Position numbers and translations under genes: made by a program. From contig WQSF01000001.1 of assembly GCA_009788065.1 (NCBI GenBank), positions 6,414 through 70,413 of the forward strand: 64,000 nt of DNA. The letters run 5' to 3'. The notes beneath the pieces were generated by a model that had not been told where the DNA came from, searched no databases, and worked only from the letters and a program-made list of their open reading frames with translations. This document shows, in pieces, positions 1 to 9,983 of this stretch; within the stretch, counting starts at the first letter, position 1, and each line of letters starts with the position of its first letter. Source of the DNA: Treponema sp. GTDB taxonomy: Bacteria; Spirochaetota; Spirochaetia; Treponematales; Breznakiellaceae.

Positions 1-150
1 TCGAATAACACCATTTACCTTCTTTACGCGATTGACAATCAGGGGCTTCGCCTTGAGGCTGTGCCGGAGTTCGGCATAGAAGATGTAACCGTTATGCGCC
101 GATCATCATCGCCTGTTGTTCTTTATTTCTTTAAAGACACCCCCTTTTAA
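1..150 (+). CDS. 3' end of a truncated upstream CDS (hypothetical)
   Basis: Frame 1 is open from base 1 to TAA at 148-150 (SNNTIYLLYAIDNQGLRLEAV...VVLYFFKDTPF*) and ends 2 nt before the next ATG. Confidence 0.65.
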   Translation, partial: SNNTIYLLYAIDNQGLRLEAVPEFGIEDVTVMRRSSSPVVLYFFKDTPF

Positions 151-152
151 CA

Positions 153-2153
153 ATGTCATTTGTACAATTTTCAAGGATAAACTTAAGTTTCGGAGAAAGA
201 GATATATTAAAAAATGTGTCTCTTCGTCTTGCTTCAGGTTCCCGTTCTTGTCTTGCAGGCGCAAACGGCTGCGGAAAAACAACATTAATGAAAATAATCG
301 CGGGTATTATTCCCGGCGACTCAGGCGATCGCGCTGTCCAAAAAGATACGCGCATATCCTACCTGCCGCAGTCAGGTATTGTCCATAAAGGAAAAACGCT
401 TCGCGACGAAGCTGAATGCGCGTATTATTTCATTCATGAACTTCTTGAACGTATGGAAAAAACTGGAGAATTGCTGGAAAAAGCGAAGAGTGACGGCTCG
501 TCTACGCAGATGCTAATAGAAAATCATCACAATTTACAGGAGAGTATCGAAAATTCCGGTTATTACAGACGCGAAGGTGAAATTGCTTCCGTACTTTCAG
601 GGCTTGGTTTTTCCGCGAAAAATATTAACCGCGACACGAGTGAATTCTCGGGCGGCTGGCAAATGCGTATAGCGCTTGCAAAAGTTCTTCTGGAAAAACC
701 GGATATCCTCCTATTGGACGAGCCGACAAATTATCTTGACATAGAAGCAAGAGGCTGGCTTGAAGATCACCTTAATAAATTTACCGGAGGCTACTTACTT
801 GTTTCGCATGACAGGTATTTTCTTGACGTATGCGTTAACGAAGTGTATGAACTCTTTGACGGGAACTTGAAGCGTTACGCCGGAAATTATTCTTCTTACG
901 AGAAAACGCGGCAGATCGAACTTCAGGGTCTTGTAAAGCGTTTCACCGAACAACAGGAAGAAATAGAAAAAACTGAAAATCTAATCCGCCGTTTCCGCTA
1001 CAAGGCAAGCAAAGCGGCTTTTGCGCAGGAACTTATTAAACGGCTTGAAAAAATGGAGCGTATAGAAATTCCCGAATCATTTAAAAAAATAAATATCAGT
1101 TTTCCTCCGGCGCCTCACTCGGGTAATATCGCTCTTACTCTGGAAGGAATCAGAAAAAGTTACGGAGAACGGCAGGTTCTTTCAAAACTAGACCTGACTC
1201 TTGACTCTAAAGAACGGCTTGTAGTAGCCGGTCCCAACGGCGCGGGTAAAACTACCCTCTTACGAATCATCGCGGGAGCGGATACAGATTATGAAGGTTC
1301 TGTAAAATTTGGAAGCGGCGTCAAAACAGGCTACTTTTCGCAGGATGCGGCTGAAGCTATGGATTCACCAAAAAGCGTGCTGGAGTTTATGGAAGACGAG
1401 TCACCAACGGCGCTAATCCCAAAGTTACGCGATATGCTTGGCGCTTTTTTATTCAGAGGCGATGATGTATACAAAAGCGTTTCTGTTTTATCAGGCGGAG
1501 AAAAGAGCCGTCTTGCGCTTTTAAAAATGTTTTTAAAACCTATGAACCTTCTTATCCTTGACGAGCCTACAAACCATCTTGATTTGTATTCAAAAGATAT
1601 TTTGCTTGACGCGCTTAATAAATTCGCAGGAACAATTATTTTTGTTTCGCACGACCGCGCTTTTATGGAAGAACTGTCTACAAAAACACTGGAATTAAAA
1701 CCGGGAAACGATTTATCTCCCGCAACGGCAAAACTTTTTTACGGAAATTATGCGTACTATCTTGAAAGAGAACAGAAAACAATCAACGGTGGGCAGATAA
1801 CGGTGAAAAATGAACAGAAATTAAGCGCCGGAAGCGAATCTGAAAAAGTTCTGACCAATGAGCAAAAACGGGCTGCGGACAAGCAGAAGCAGACGGCTGT
1901 CCGCAGACTGGAAAGACAGGAAGCGGAGATTTTAAAAACGCTGGAAGAACTGGAAATTAAAAAAAAGACGCTTGAAGCCGAACTCGCGCGTCCCGATGTT
2001 TATTCAAACGGCGAGAAAGTAAAAAACGTCAAGCAAAAACTTGATGAATGTACCGCTGCGATTGAATTAAAAACAAATGAATGGGAAGCCTGTTGTACAA
2101 AAACCACAGAACCTCAACCGAGCCCGCAGGGCGAAGGTTCCCCTCTTGATTAG
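153..2153 (+). CDS. ABC-F family ATP-binding protein
   Basis: Two ABC cassettes (GANGCGKTT, FSGGWQMR, LLLDEPTNYLD; GPNGAGKTT, LSGGEKSR, LILDEPTNHLD), no TM segments, C-terminal coiled coil. Confidence 0.93.
   Translation: MSFVQFSRINLSFGERDILKNVSLRLASGSRSCLAGANGCGKTTLMKIIAGIIPGDSGDRAVQKDTRISYLPQSGIVHKGKTLRDEAECAYYFIHELLERMEKTGELLEKAKSDGSSTQMLIENHHNLQESIENSGYYRREGEIASVLSGLGFSAKNINRDTSEFSGGWQMRIALAKVLLEKPDILLLDEPTNYLDIEARGWLEDHLNKFTGGYLLVSHDRYFLDVCVNEVYELFDGNLKRYAGNYSSYEKTRQIELQGLVKRFTEQQEEIEKTENLIRRFRYKASKAAFAQELIKRLEKMERIEIPESFKKINISFPPAPHSGNIALTLEGIRKSYGERQVLSKLDLTLDSKERLVVAGPNGAGKTTLLRIIAGADTDYEGSVKFGSGVKTGYFSQDAAEAMDSPKSVLEFMEDESPTALIPKLRDMLGAFLFRGDDVYKSVSVLSGGEKSRLALLKMFLKPMNLLILDEPTNHLDLYSKDILLDALNKFAGTIIFVSHDRAFMEELSTKTLELKPGNDLSPATAKLFYGNYAYYLEREQKTINGGQITVKNEQKLSAGSESEKVLTNEQKRAADKQKQTAVRRLERQEAEILKTLEELEIKKKTLEAELARPDVYSNGEKVKNVKQKLDECTAAIELKTNEWEACCTKTTEPQPSPQGEGSPLD
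1770..1818 (+). repeat. Degenerate 7-bp tandem repeat inside the ABC-F linker
   Basis: gaacaga-aaacaat-caacggt-gggcaga-taacggt-gaaaaat-gaacaga. Confidence 0.55.
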
Positions 2154-2172
2154 CGCAGAATAATCCGCGGTT
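2102..2172. repeat. Nested palindromic (REP-like) element spanning the ABC-F stop codon
   Basis: gaacct(2109-2114)/aggttc(2135-2140) encloses gccc/gggc; outer imperfect IR aaccacaga/tccgcggtt. Confidence 0.6.
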
Positions 2173-2199
2173 CCTGTATACCAAGTCCTGTGTACCAAG
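2172..2199. repeat. 14-bp tandem direct repeat upstream of the galE promoter
   Basis: tcctgtataccaag / tcctgtgtaccaag, 13/14 identical. Confidence 0.7.
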
Positions 2200-2211
2200 G
2201 CTATGTATTTA

Positions 2212-2220
2212 TGTTATACT
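2212..2220 (+). promoter_or_regulatory. Extended -10 promoter of galE (probably leaderless)
   Basis: TGtTATACT, 6 nt before ATG 2227, no SD. Confidence 0.55.
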
Positions 2221-2226
2221 CCAACT

Positions 2227-3198
2227 ATGAACATCCTAATCATCGGCGGCGCCGGATATATAGGGAGCCATGTAACAAGAGAATTCCTTGATAATGGTGA
2301 TAATTGCGCGGTCTACGATAATCTTTCAACCGGATTGGAGCAAAACCTTTTTGCAAAAGCGAAATTTATAAAAAATGACATTCACAATTATGATGCGTTA
2401 GTAAGCGCGATGAAAAACGGAAATTTTGACGCTCTTGTTCATCTTGCGGCGTCTAAAGCGGCAGGAGAATCAATGATCAATCCTGAAAAATATTCGTACA
2501 ATAATATAATGGGAACTCTTAATATTTTAAACGCCGCTTGTGAAGCAGGCATTAAAAATATTATCTTTTCTTCAAGCGCCTCGGTCTACGGAGAGCCTCA
2601 ATACCTGCCGATTGACGAAAAGCACCCTACTGTTCCTGAAAATTATTACGGTTTTACAAAACTTGAAATTGAACGGTTCCTTGGCTGGTATGAAAAATTA
2701 AAAAATATCCGTTACGCATGCATGCGCTATTTGAACGCAGCAGGCTATGATATTAAAGGCAGAATCAAAGGGCTTGAGCAAAACCCCAATAACCTTTTGC
2801 CTGTTGTTATGGAAACTGCCTGCGGAATCAGAAATGAAATGCAAATCTACGGAAACGACTATGATACGCCTGACGGCACGTGCATCCGCGATTATGTGCA
2901 TGTCAGCGACCTCGCCTGCGGACATACTATGGCATTGGATTACATTATTAAAAAAAATAAAAGCGTTACTGTTAACCTCGGCAGCGAGCGCGGTTACTCG
3001 GTAACAGAAGTAATAGAAACAGCCAGAAAGATAACGGGAAAGCCAATCCCCGCGAAAGTTGCAGGAAGGCGCGCAGGCGATCCCGCCAAGACATATTCTT
3101 CCTGTTCACTAGCCCGCGAATTACTGGGATGGAAAGCAAAATATTCCGATATGGAAACATTAATCTCTACAAGTTGGAAAGCGTATTGTGAAAGATAA
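2227..3198 (+). CDS. galE: UDP-glucose 4-epimerase
   Basis: GGAGYIGSH, YGFTK (YxxxK), DGTCIRDYVHVSDLA, RRAGDPA; start moved to MNILIIGG. Confidence 0.93.
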   Translation: MNILIIGGAGYIGSHVTREFLDNGDNCAVYDNLSTGLEQNLFAKAKFIKNDIHNYDALVSAMKNGNFDALVHLAASKAAGESMINPEKYSYNNIMGTLNILNAACEAGIKNIIFSSSASVYGEPQYLPIDEKHPTVPENYYGFTKLEIERFLGWYEKLKNIRYACMRYLNAAGYDIKGRIKGLEQNPNNLLPVVMETACGIRNEMQIYGNDYDTPDGTCIRDYVHVSDLACGHTMALDYIIKKNKSVTVNLGSERGYSVTEVIETARKITGKPIPAKVAGRRAGDPAKTYSSCSLARELLGWKAKYSDMETLISTSWKAYCER

Positions 3199-4432
3199 AT
3201 TATTTAGTTGGTTAGATAAATCCGCCTTTCTTGCTGTTGAACTTGAAACAGAATTGACAAAACTCCCCGCTGTTTCTCCTGAATCAGGCGGCGAAGGCGA
3301 ACTTGAAAAATGTCTTTTTCTGGAAGACTGGCTTCGAAAACACGGCATTATGCAGTTGGAAAGATATGACGCGCCTGATGCAAGAGCCAAAGGTCAGGTG
3401 CGTCCCAACTTAATCGCGACTGTAAACTCGGACAGCGGCGAAAACGGCGCGCGTCTTTGGATAATGAGCCATACAGATGTTGTGCCGCCCGGAGAAGAAA
3501 AACTTTGGAACTCTGACCCATGGACTGTAATACGCAAAAACGATCCTCCAGGAGACCGCGTTATCGGGCGCGGAGTGGAAGACAATCAGCAAGGTCTTGT
3601 TTCCTCTGTACTTGCGGCTCTGGCTTTTGTTGAACAGGGTTTAAAACCAGCGCGGACAATCAAGCTTTTGTTTTCCGCCGACGAAGAAGTCGGCTCAGCT
3701 TACGGCATTGACTGGCTTGTAAAAAACCACGCCGGCTTATTTAAAAAAGACGATATGGTACTTGTCCCCGACGGCGGAGATGAAAAAGGCGAATATATCG
3801 AAGTAGCGGAAAAAAATATTTTATGGATGCGCTTCGTCACCCGCGGAAAACAAGCCCACGGTTCCATGCCGGATTTAGGCGCGAACGCCTTCCTTGCCGG
3901 CTCCGATCTTGCGCTCAGGCTTCATTACGGGCTTTCACAAAAATTCAACGAGCGCGATCCGATGTTTGATCCTGACTACTCCACATTCCAGCCGACCAAA
4001 AAAGAAGCTAATGTTCCCAACATTAACACAATCCCCGGTGAAGATGTTTTTTGCATGGATATGCGCATCCTTCCGCGTTACTCTCCTGAAATGATTTTAG
4101 CGGAAGTTGATAAAATAAAATCCGAAGTTGAAATGAAACACCGCGTAACAATTGAATACACTCTGCCCCAGTTAATGAAATCGAAGCCGACAGAGGCGGG
4201 CGCGGCAATTGTCAGGATGTTAACCAAAGCAATACCGCTGGTTTACGGCGTTAAACCGCGCCCTGTCGGTATAGGCGGCGGTACAATGGCGGCGTATCTT
4301 AGGAATATCGGAATTGACTGCGCTGTCTGGACAAAAACTGACGAAACGTTACACCAGCCAAACGAATACGCATTATTGGAAAATATTATAGGAGACGCCA
4401 AAGTAATGGCTCTTCTGGCAATTGATTCATAA
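3188..4432 (+). CDS. M20 family metallo-hydrolase (DapE/ArgE-like)
   Basis: SHTDVVP, GRGVEDN, DEEVGS, HGSMP, HQPNEY metal-binding motifs. Confidence 0.88.
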   Translation: MKDKLFSWLDKSAFLAVELETELTKLPAVSPESGGEGELEKCLFLEDWLRKHGIMQLERYDAPDARAKGQVRPNLIATVNSDSGENGARLWIMSHTDVVPPGEEKLWNSDPWTVIRKNDPPGDRVIGRGVEDNQQGLVSSVLAALAFVEQGLKPARTIKLLFSADEEVGSAYGIDWLVKNHAGLFKKDDMVLVPDGGDEKGEYIEVAEKNILWMRFVTRGKQAHGSMPDLGANAFLAGSDLALRLHYGLSQKFNERDPMFDPDYSTFQPTKKEANVPNINTIPGEDVFCMDMRILPRYSPEMILAEVDKIKSEVEMKHRVTIEYTLPQLMKSKPTEAGAAIVRMLTKAIPLVYGVKPRPVGIGGGTMAAYLRNIGIDCAVWTKTDETLHQPNEYALLENIIGDAKVMALLAIDS

Positions 4433-4433
4433 T

Positions 4434-6524
4434 ATGATTAATCTTGACCCTGAAAAAATAATTTCATCACTTTGCGAAGGCGGCCCTGTCGCAAAAAGAC
4501 TTGCTTTATACGAGCCAAGACAATCGCAGCTTGATTTACTTTCTTTAATTATCCGCGGTTTTAACGAAGATGCGCTTGTAATGGCGGAAGCCGGAACAGG
4601 CGTCGGTAAATCATTCGCATACCTTCTGCCTGCGATGCATTTCGCACTGGCTAATAAGGAAAAAGTAATAATATCCACAGCGAGTATTACGCTCCAGCAG
4701 CAGCTTTTTGAAAAAGACATTCCTCTTGTCGCTTCAAGTATGGGCGATGTTAAAATAAAATCTGTTATCATGAAAGGCAGGGGAAATTATTTATGTCTAA
4801 GAAGACTGGATGACGTATTACATGAGCCGTCTCTTTTCGATTTTGAAGAAAATGAATTAACGCAAATTACAGAATGGGCAAAGACCACTAAAACAGGAGG
4901 AAAGGCGGAACTTTCTTTTATGCCTTCTGATTCTATCTGGTCGAGTGTCTGCTCTGAATCTGATTTATGCCTTGGAAACTTTTGCCCGTGCAGGGAACAA
5001 TGTTTTATACTTGCCCTGCGAAGAGAGGCAAATAACGCCCACATTATTGTAGTAAATCACCACCTGCTCTTTGCGGATTTGGCGGCGCGCTATCAGGGCG
5101 CGGGCTATGAAAGCGCTGTTGTTTTACCGCCGTTTAACAGACTAATAATTGACGAAGCCCATACCATCGAGAATGCAGCCACTTCGTTTTTTTCATCTGA
5201 ATTCGCCAGAACTGGAATTTTTAAACAGCTTGGAAGACTTTATTCCAGACGAAGAGCGAATGAACGCGGTCTGCTTGTAAGGCTCTGCGCGATGCTTGCG
5301 TCTTCTGAAGATCCGTTAGACGAAATGGCAAGCGCGATCCAAACAGTAAAAACATCATGCGAAGAACTCGATGACTGCGCTCTTCAGCTTTGCGGTATGG
5401 AAGGAATTTTCAGACTTTCTCCTTCCGTTGATGAATCATTTTTAAAAAAGTCACTTTTTCCCAATTTAAAAACACTTAGAAAAAATATATTAAAACTTAC
5501 CGATATGATTAAAGAAATACTAGAAAATCTTGACGACGGAGATGCGGCGGAGCCGGCTGTCTGGGAAATAAAAACAATTGTCAGGCGGCTTGAAAATACG
5601 GCGGACATCTGTAACGCGTTTTGTAAATATAAAAAACATGAAAACGAAGTCCTTTGGATCGAAAAAATACAATCGTTTAAAGAACCCTGGGCTGTGTTTA
5701 CAAGAACTCCCATCGATCTTGCGCCTATTTTAAAAGACAGCGTTTTTAAACCCAATAAAACCGTTGCCTGCGTTTCCGCGACTTTAGCCATTAACGATGA
5801 TTTTACCTATTGGGCAAGCCGCTGCGGGATATGCGGTATCGATTCACGCCTGCCGTTATCAGGCTGTTTTCCGTCTCCATTCCCGTACGCGAGCGCAGTT
5901 CTGCTCGCCTCTCCCATGGACGCGCCGCTTCCCGACGATGAATACTATCAGGAATTTATAAACAATGCGGTTTTTAATTTAACAGCGGCTGCCGGAGGTT
6001 CGGCTCTTATCCTTTTTACTTCTTTTCAATCGCTAAACAACGCCCATCAATCCGCCAAAGCAAAACTTACAGCAATGGGCATACGGTGCCTTAAACAGGG
6101 TGAAGATGACCGCACCCGCCTTCTTCAAACCTTCCTTTCAGATGAAAGTTCCTGCCTTTTTGCCACAGATTCATTCTGGGAAGGCATAGACGCTCCCGGA
6201 GAAACCCTCAAACTGGTCATAATATGCCGTCTGCCCTTCAGAACACCGGGTGATCCTGTCCATGAAGCGCGCCGCGAGGTTGTCGAAAAGCAGGGCGGCA
6301 ACCCTTTTATAGAACTTTCCCTCCCTCAGGCTGTAATGAAGTTCAAACAGGGCTTTGGAAGGCTCATTCGCAGGAGCGCCGACAGGGGTGTTGTAGCGGT
6401 TTTAGACGCCAGAATCCAAAAAAAATCATACGGAAAGCTATTTATTCAAGCCCTGCCACAGACCAAAACAAGCAGTTCCAGCCTCGCCAATACGGTAAAA
6501 GACATAGAAAATTTTCTATATTAG
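4434..6524 (+). CDS. dinG: DinG/YoaA family ATP-dependent helicase (Fe-S)
   Basis: EAGTGVGKS, KGRGNYLC, Cys cluster, DEAH, SFWEGIDAPG, QGFGRLIR. Confidence 0.88.
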   Translation: MINLDPEKIISSLCEGGPVAKRLALYEPRQSQLDLLSLIIRGFNEDALVMAEAGTGVGKSFAYLLPAMHFALANKEKVIISTASITLQQQLFEKDIPLVASSMGDVKIKSVIMKGRGNYLCLRRLDDVLHEPSLFDFEENELTQITEWAKTTKTGGKAELSFMPSDSIWSSVCSESDLCLGNFCPCREQCFILALRREANNAHIIVVNHHLLFADLAARYQGAGYESAVVLPPFNRLIIDEAHTIENAATSFFSSEFARTGIFKQLGRLYSRRRANERGLLVRLCAMLASSEDPLDEMASAIQTVKTSCEELDDCALQLCGMEGIFRLSPSVDESFLKKSLFPNLKTLRKNILKLTDMIKEILENLDDGDAAEPAVWEIKTIVRRLENTADICNAFCKYKKHENEVLWIEKIQSFKEPWAVFTRTPIDLAPILKDSVFKPNKTVACVSATLAINDDFTYWASRCGICGIDSRLPLSGCFPSPFPYASAVLLASPMDAPLPDDEYYQEFINNAVFNLTAAAGGSALILFTSFQSLNNAHQSAKAKLTAMGIRCLKQGEDDRTRLLQTFLSDESSCLFATDSFWEGIDAPGETLKLVIICRLPFRTPGDPVHEARREVVEKQGGNPFIELSLPQAVMKFKQGFGRLIRRSADRGVVAVLDARIQKKSYGKLFIQALPQTKTSSSSLANTVKDIENFLY

Positions 6525-6546
6525 TGGTATAATTAGCGCTGAGGTG
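6525..6546 (+). promoter_or_regulatory. Extended -10 promoter and RBS of the chemosensory operon
   Basis: TGgTATAAT at 6525-6533; GAGGTG at 6541-6546, 6 nt before ATG 6553. Confidence 0.6.
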
Positions 6547-6552
6547 CAGGAA

Positions 6553-7035
6553 ATGTCAGATTTAGCTGAAGCCGAGCTGATCGAAGAGCAGCCGGAATAT
6601 ATAATCAGCGAAAAATTCTTAATTTTTTCAATTCTGGGTAAATTGTACAGCTTTCCGTCCCGTATAATCAGCGAAATCGCTTTATTTGACGCTGTTTATC
6701 CGCTGCCTTTGATGCCTTCTTATGTGTTGGGTGTAATTAACAGATACTCGGTTCCCTACGCATTATTTGATTTGGGTATTTTATTCAATAACGCCCCAAG
6801 TTCCTGCAATAAAACATTAATTTTAAAAGATCAAATAGATCGTATAGCATTTCTTATTGACGATGTAACAGGCATCGTTGACATCATGCCTGAAAATCTT
6901 TTTATCCTTGAACGAAGCTCTGAATTAAATGAATTAACAGACGCTGTATCGGCTTCTTTTAGCTGGAACGGCAATGATGTATTCATTCTCGATGTAAACA
7001 GAATATTGGAACGTGTCTCGGAGGAAACAGCCTGA
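6553..7035 (+). CDS. cheW: CheW-domain scaffold protein
   Basis: FLIFSI..YSF, PLPLMPSYVLGVINRY, IAFLIDDVTGIV, ILDVNRIL. Confidence 0.85.
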   Translation: MSDLAEAELIEEQPEYIISEKFLIFSILGKLYSFPSRIISEIALFDAVYPLPLMPSYVLGVINRYSVPYALFDLGILFNNAPSSCNKTLILKDQIDRIAFLIDDVTGIVDIMPENLFILERSSELNELTDAVSASFSWNGNDVFILDVNRILERVSEETA

Positions 7036-7037
7036 AT

Positions 7038-7469
7038 ATGCGCGTATTTATCAGTTCATACAATTGGTTTTCTCTCGCGATTCCTATTAGATTTGTTTCT
7101 TCAATCTTTATTAATCCTGATAAGTCCGATTATAAAATCTTTTATAATCATGAAAACCGGAACACGTATATTTCTCTCCCTCTGCTGTTAAACTGCCCGC
7201 AGGAAAATATACGCCACGGCATTATATTAAAAAACGGCGAAGCAAACGATAACCAGATGGAAAATAGAGTAATTCTTCTCGGCGCGGAAATTGAAAACGA
7301 GAGCGATATTCCATCTGACAGTTTTTATCCTGTTCCAAAAACATTCAATGTAATGCAATTTTCTTTTGTTTTCAGCGGTATTTCATTTAATAAATTGACA
7401 GGCGGCATTGTCCTTCTGCTTGATCCGGAACATTTAGTTCAAAATATCCAAAAGGAATTAATAATATGA
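7038..7469 (+). CDS. Divergent CheW-like protein
   Basis: N-terminal FSLAIPIRFVSSI and C-terminal FSGI...IVLLLDPEHL resemble CheW ends; size 143 aa; sits between cheW and cheB. Confidence 0.55.
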   Translation: MRVFISSYNWFSLAIPIRFVSSIFINPDKSDYKIFYNHENRNTYISLPLLLNCPQENIRHGIILKNGEANDNQMENRVILLGAEIENESDIPSDSFYPVPKTFNVMQFSFVFSGISFNKLTGGIVLLLDPEHLVQNIQKELII

Positions 7470-8479
7470 TTAGAACATTAATCGTGGACGACAGTCCGTT
7501 AGTCCGGGCAATGCTGACCGATTTTCTTGAAAGCGAAGGTTCATTCGAGATAATCGGAGAAGCTGAAAACGGAATTGAAGGCGTGGAAAAAGCAAAAGAG
7601 TTATCTCCCGATCTGATTACCATGGATTACGAGATGCCTGTCATGAACGGACTTGACTCGATTGTAGAGATAAGAAAGTTCAGCTCCTGCGCAATTGTAA
7701 TGATCACCACGCATGATTCCGCCAAGATGGCTTATGAAGCTACAGTAAAAGGTGCTCATGATTTCTTCGCCAAGGATATTTTTACTTCTCAAATGACCGA
7801 TAAACAGCGAAGCGCCATTTTTAACACTTTAAAGCAGATAACAAACATTAAAAAAAAGGAATCGCAATCGCAGGATACAGGCGAGCATGGCAGTATGGCA
7901 TCAAGAAAAATAAACTGCATTGTCATAGCGTCTTCTACAGGCGGTCCAATGGCATTATGCCAATTATGCTCAGCTCTTCCGGTTAATTTTCCGGTTCCGA
8001 TTATTTTGGTTCAGCATAACACGTCCGGTTTCGACAAGGGATTTGTACAGTGGCTTGACGGATATTCTCATTTAAAAATACAGCTTGCTGAAGAAGGCGT
8101 TTATCCGTCCAAGGGTAATGTCTATGTCGCTCCTACAGATAAACATCTTTCAATCGGCGCTTCAGGAATTGCTTTTGACGATTCTGATCCTATCAACAAT
8201 CAAAAGCCTGCCGCAGACTTTTTATTTAAAAGCGCGGCATTGCAATATAAAAACTCTCTTGTAAGCGTTGTTCTTACAGGAATGGGAAACGACGGCGCGG
8301 AAGGAACAAAATTCGTAAAAGACGCGGGAGGTATTACAATCGCGCAGGACGAATCAACGTCCATGATATACGGAATGCCCAGTGCCGCTGTTGAAACAGG
8401 CTGTGTAGATTTAATTTTACCGTTATCGGATATTGCAAATAAACTTATATCCTTAACCCGCGGAGAGTCTCAAGCATGA
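7466..8479 (+). CDS. cheB: Protein-glutamate methylesterase CheB (REC + esterase)
   Basis: LIVDDS/ITMDYEMP receiver; ASSTGGP, VQH, LTGMGNDG, IAQDE, YGMP. Confidence 0.95.
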   Translation: MIRTLIVDDSPLVRAMLTDFLESEGSFEIIGEAENGIEGVEKAKELSPDLITMDYEMPVMNGLDSIVEIRKFSSCAIVMITTHDSAKMAYEATVKGAHDFFAKDIFTSQMTDKQRSAIFNTLKQITNIKKKESQSQDTGEHGSMASRKINCIVIASSTGGPMALCQLCSALPVNFPVPIILVQHNTSGFDKGFVQWLDGYSHLKIQLAEEGVYPSKGNVYVAPTDKHLSIGASGIAFDDSDPINNQKPAADFLFKSAALQYKNSLVSVVLTGMGNDGAEGTKFVKDAGGITIAQDESTSMIYGMPSAAVETGCVDLILPLSDIANKLISLTRGESQA

Positions 8480-9969
8480 TTGTTGACATAACGGCGCTGG
8501 AAAAAAATTCAAAAGATATTCAATCAGACGTACCGTTAGAAATACTGTCAAACCCTGCCCTTCTTTTTTTATATTACAGGGTAGAGCAAATACTCGGCAT
8601 AAAAACCGGAAGCGCGGCTCTTATAGATCTTAATAAATACATCGAAAGGCAATGCGGCTCTACTTTTATCCAAAATCCTGCCGCATACGAGTTCCTCTTA
8701 ACCTCCCGCGAAAAAATATTTGATATTTCAAATATTTTGACTGTAAATGAAACATATTTTTTCAGGGAAGGCGTTCATTTTGATTTATTGGCGGATTTAC
8801 TCCCGGAATTAATTAAAATCGGACGTCCCCTTCAAATATGCTGCGCCGCTGTCAGTATAGGATGCGAAGCTTACAGTATTGCGATGCTTCTTGATTATTA
8901 CGAAAAGAAGGGGCTTGATTTTGATTATACGATCGACGCGTTTGATGTCAGCGCAGATTCGATAGAGACCGCAAAAAACGCGCGCTATACGTTAAATTCG
9001 CTTCGCGGCGACGGATCTTCATGGAAATTTATTCTTGATGAGTATCTTACCCCGGACGGCGACGAATATATTGTTACGCAAAACATTCGAAGAAAAGTTA
9101 GATTTTTTACACATAATATAATGCGCGGACTTGATAAACAGTATGACATTATATTTTTTAGAAATTCGCTGATTTATTTTTCCAGTAAAAACAGACATTC
9201 TGTTTTAAATAATCTTTCGGATTCGCTTTTTAATAACGGGCTTTTATTTCTTGGTATTTCTGAAACCGCCTCCGTTAATCATCCCCTGCTTGTAAACCGC
9301 CACTCAAGCGATGTGTTTTATTTTCAGAAAACAGGATTTCCAAATTTTCAAAATGAAATTCGCGTAATGCCGGAAATAAAAAGACAGAAGACGAATATAA
9401 AACCGAATAAACAGGATAAACCCGAATCAGAAAGAGAGATCAGAAACGTTCGCGATGAAATTCATGTAAGTTGCAGTGAAATAAACGCACTGCTTGAAAC
9501 AGAAGACGGAAAACAAAACGCGTTTGATGTAATTTCCATATATGAAAAAGGAGATATATCGTCAATTTCCGGCAGCCGTCTTGCCGCGGCTTCCCTGTAT
9601 TTCCTTAACACTCAGAATTATGAAAACGCGGATAAAATTCTAAAGTATCTTGAAAAAAGAAACTCAGGAGTATTTACGCGCTTTTTACGCGGTGAATATT
9701 ATTTCCATCAAGAAAAAACCGAAGAAGCAGAAAAATACTATCTTGACGCTTCCATAAAAGACAGATATTTTTGGCCGGCATTTTACAGAATCGCGGCTAT
9801 TTCTTCTGACGGGAACAGAACAAGATATGAATACAAAATCAGAAAAACAATCGAAAGCATAGAACTTGTTCTTAAACTCAATACAGACGGAAGCCTTAAT
9901 TATGAATGTTTTTTAGGAGGATTTTCTCCTGATTATTTTAGCAGAATTCTGGAAAAGAAATTATCGTAG
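8476..9969 (+). CDS. cheR: CheR methyltransferase with C-terminal TPR-like extension (WspC-like)
   Basis: TVNETYFFRE, SIGCEAYSIAM, YDIIFFRNSLIYF, LFLGISET; helical TPR-like C-terminus. Confidence 0.9.
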   Translation: MIVDITALEKNSKDIQSDVPLEILSNPALLFLYYRVEQILGIKTGSAALIDLNKYIERQCGSTFIQNPAAYEFLLTSREKIFDISNILTVNETYFFREGVHFDLLADLLPELIKIGRPLQICCAAVSIGCEAYSIAMLLDYYEKKGLDFDYTIDAFDVSADSIETAKNARYTLNSLRGDGSSWKFILDEYLTPDGDEYIVTQNIRRKVRFFTHNIMRGLDKQYDIIFFRNSLIYFSSKNRHSVLNNLSDSLFNNGLLFLGISETASVNHPLLVNRHSSDVFYFQKTGFPNFQNEIRVMPEIKRQKTNIKPNKQDKPESEREIRNVRDEIHVSCSEINALLETEDGKQNAFDVISIYEKGDISSISGSRLAAASLYFLNTQNYENADKILKYLEKRNSGVFTRFLRGEYYFHQEKTEEAEKYYLDASIKDRYFWPAFYRIAAISSDGNRTRYEYKIRKTIESIELVLKLNTDGSLNYECFLGGFSPDYFSRILEKKLS

Positions 9970-9983
9970 TATAGAGGTAATAA

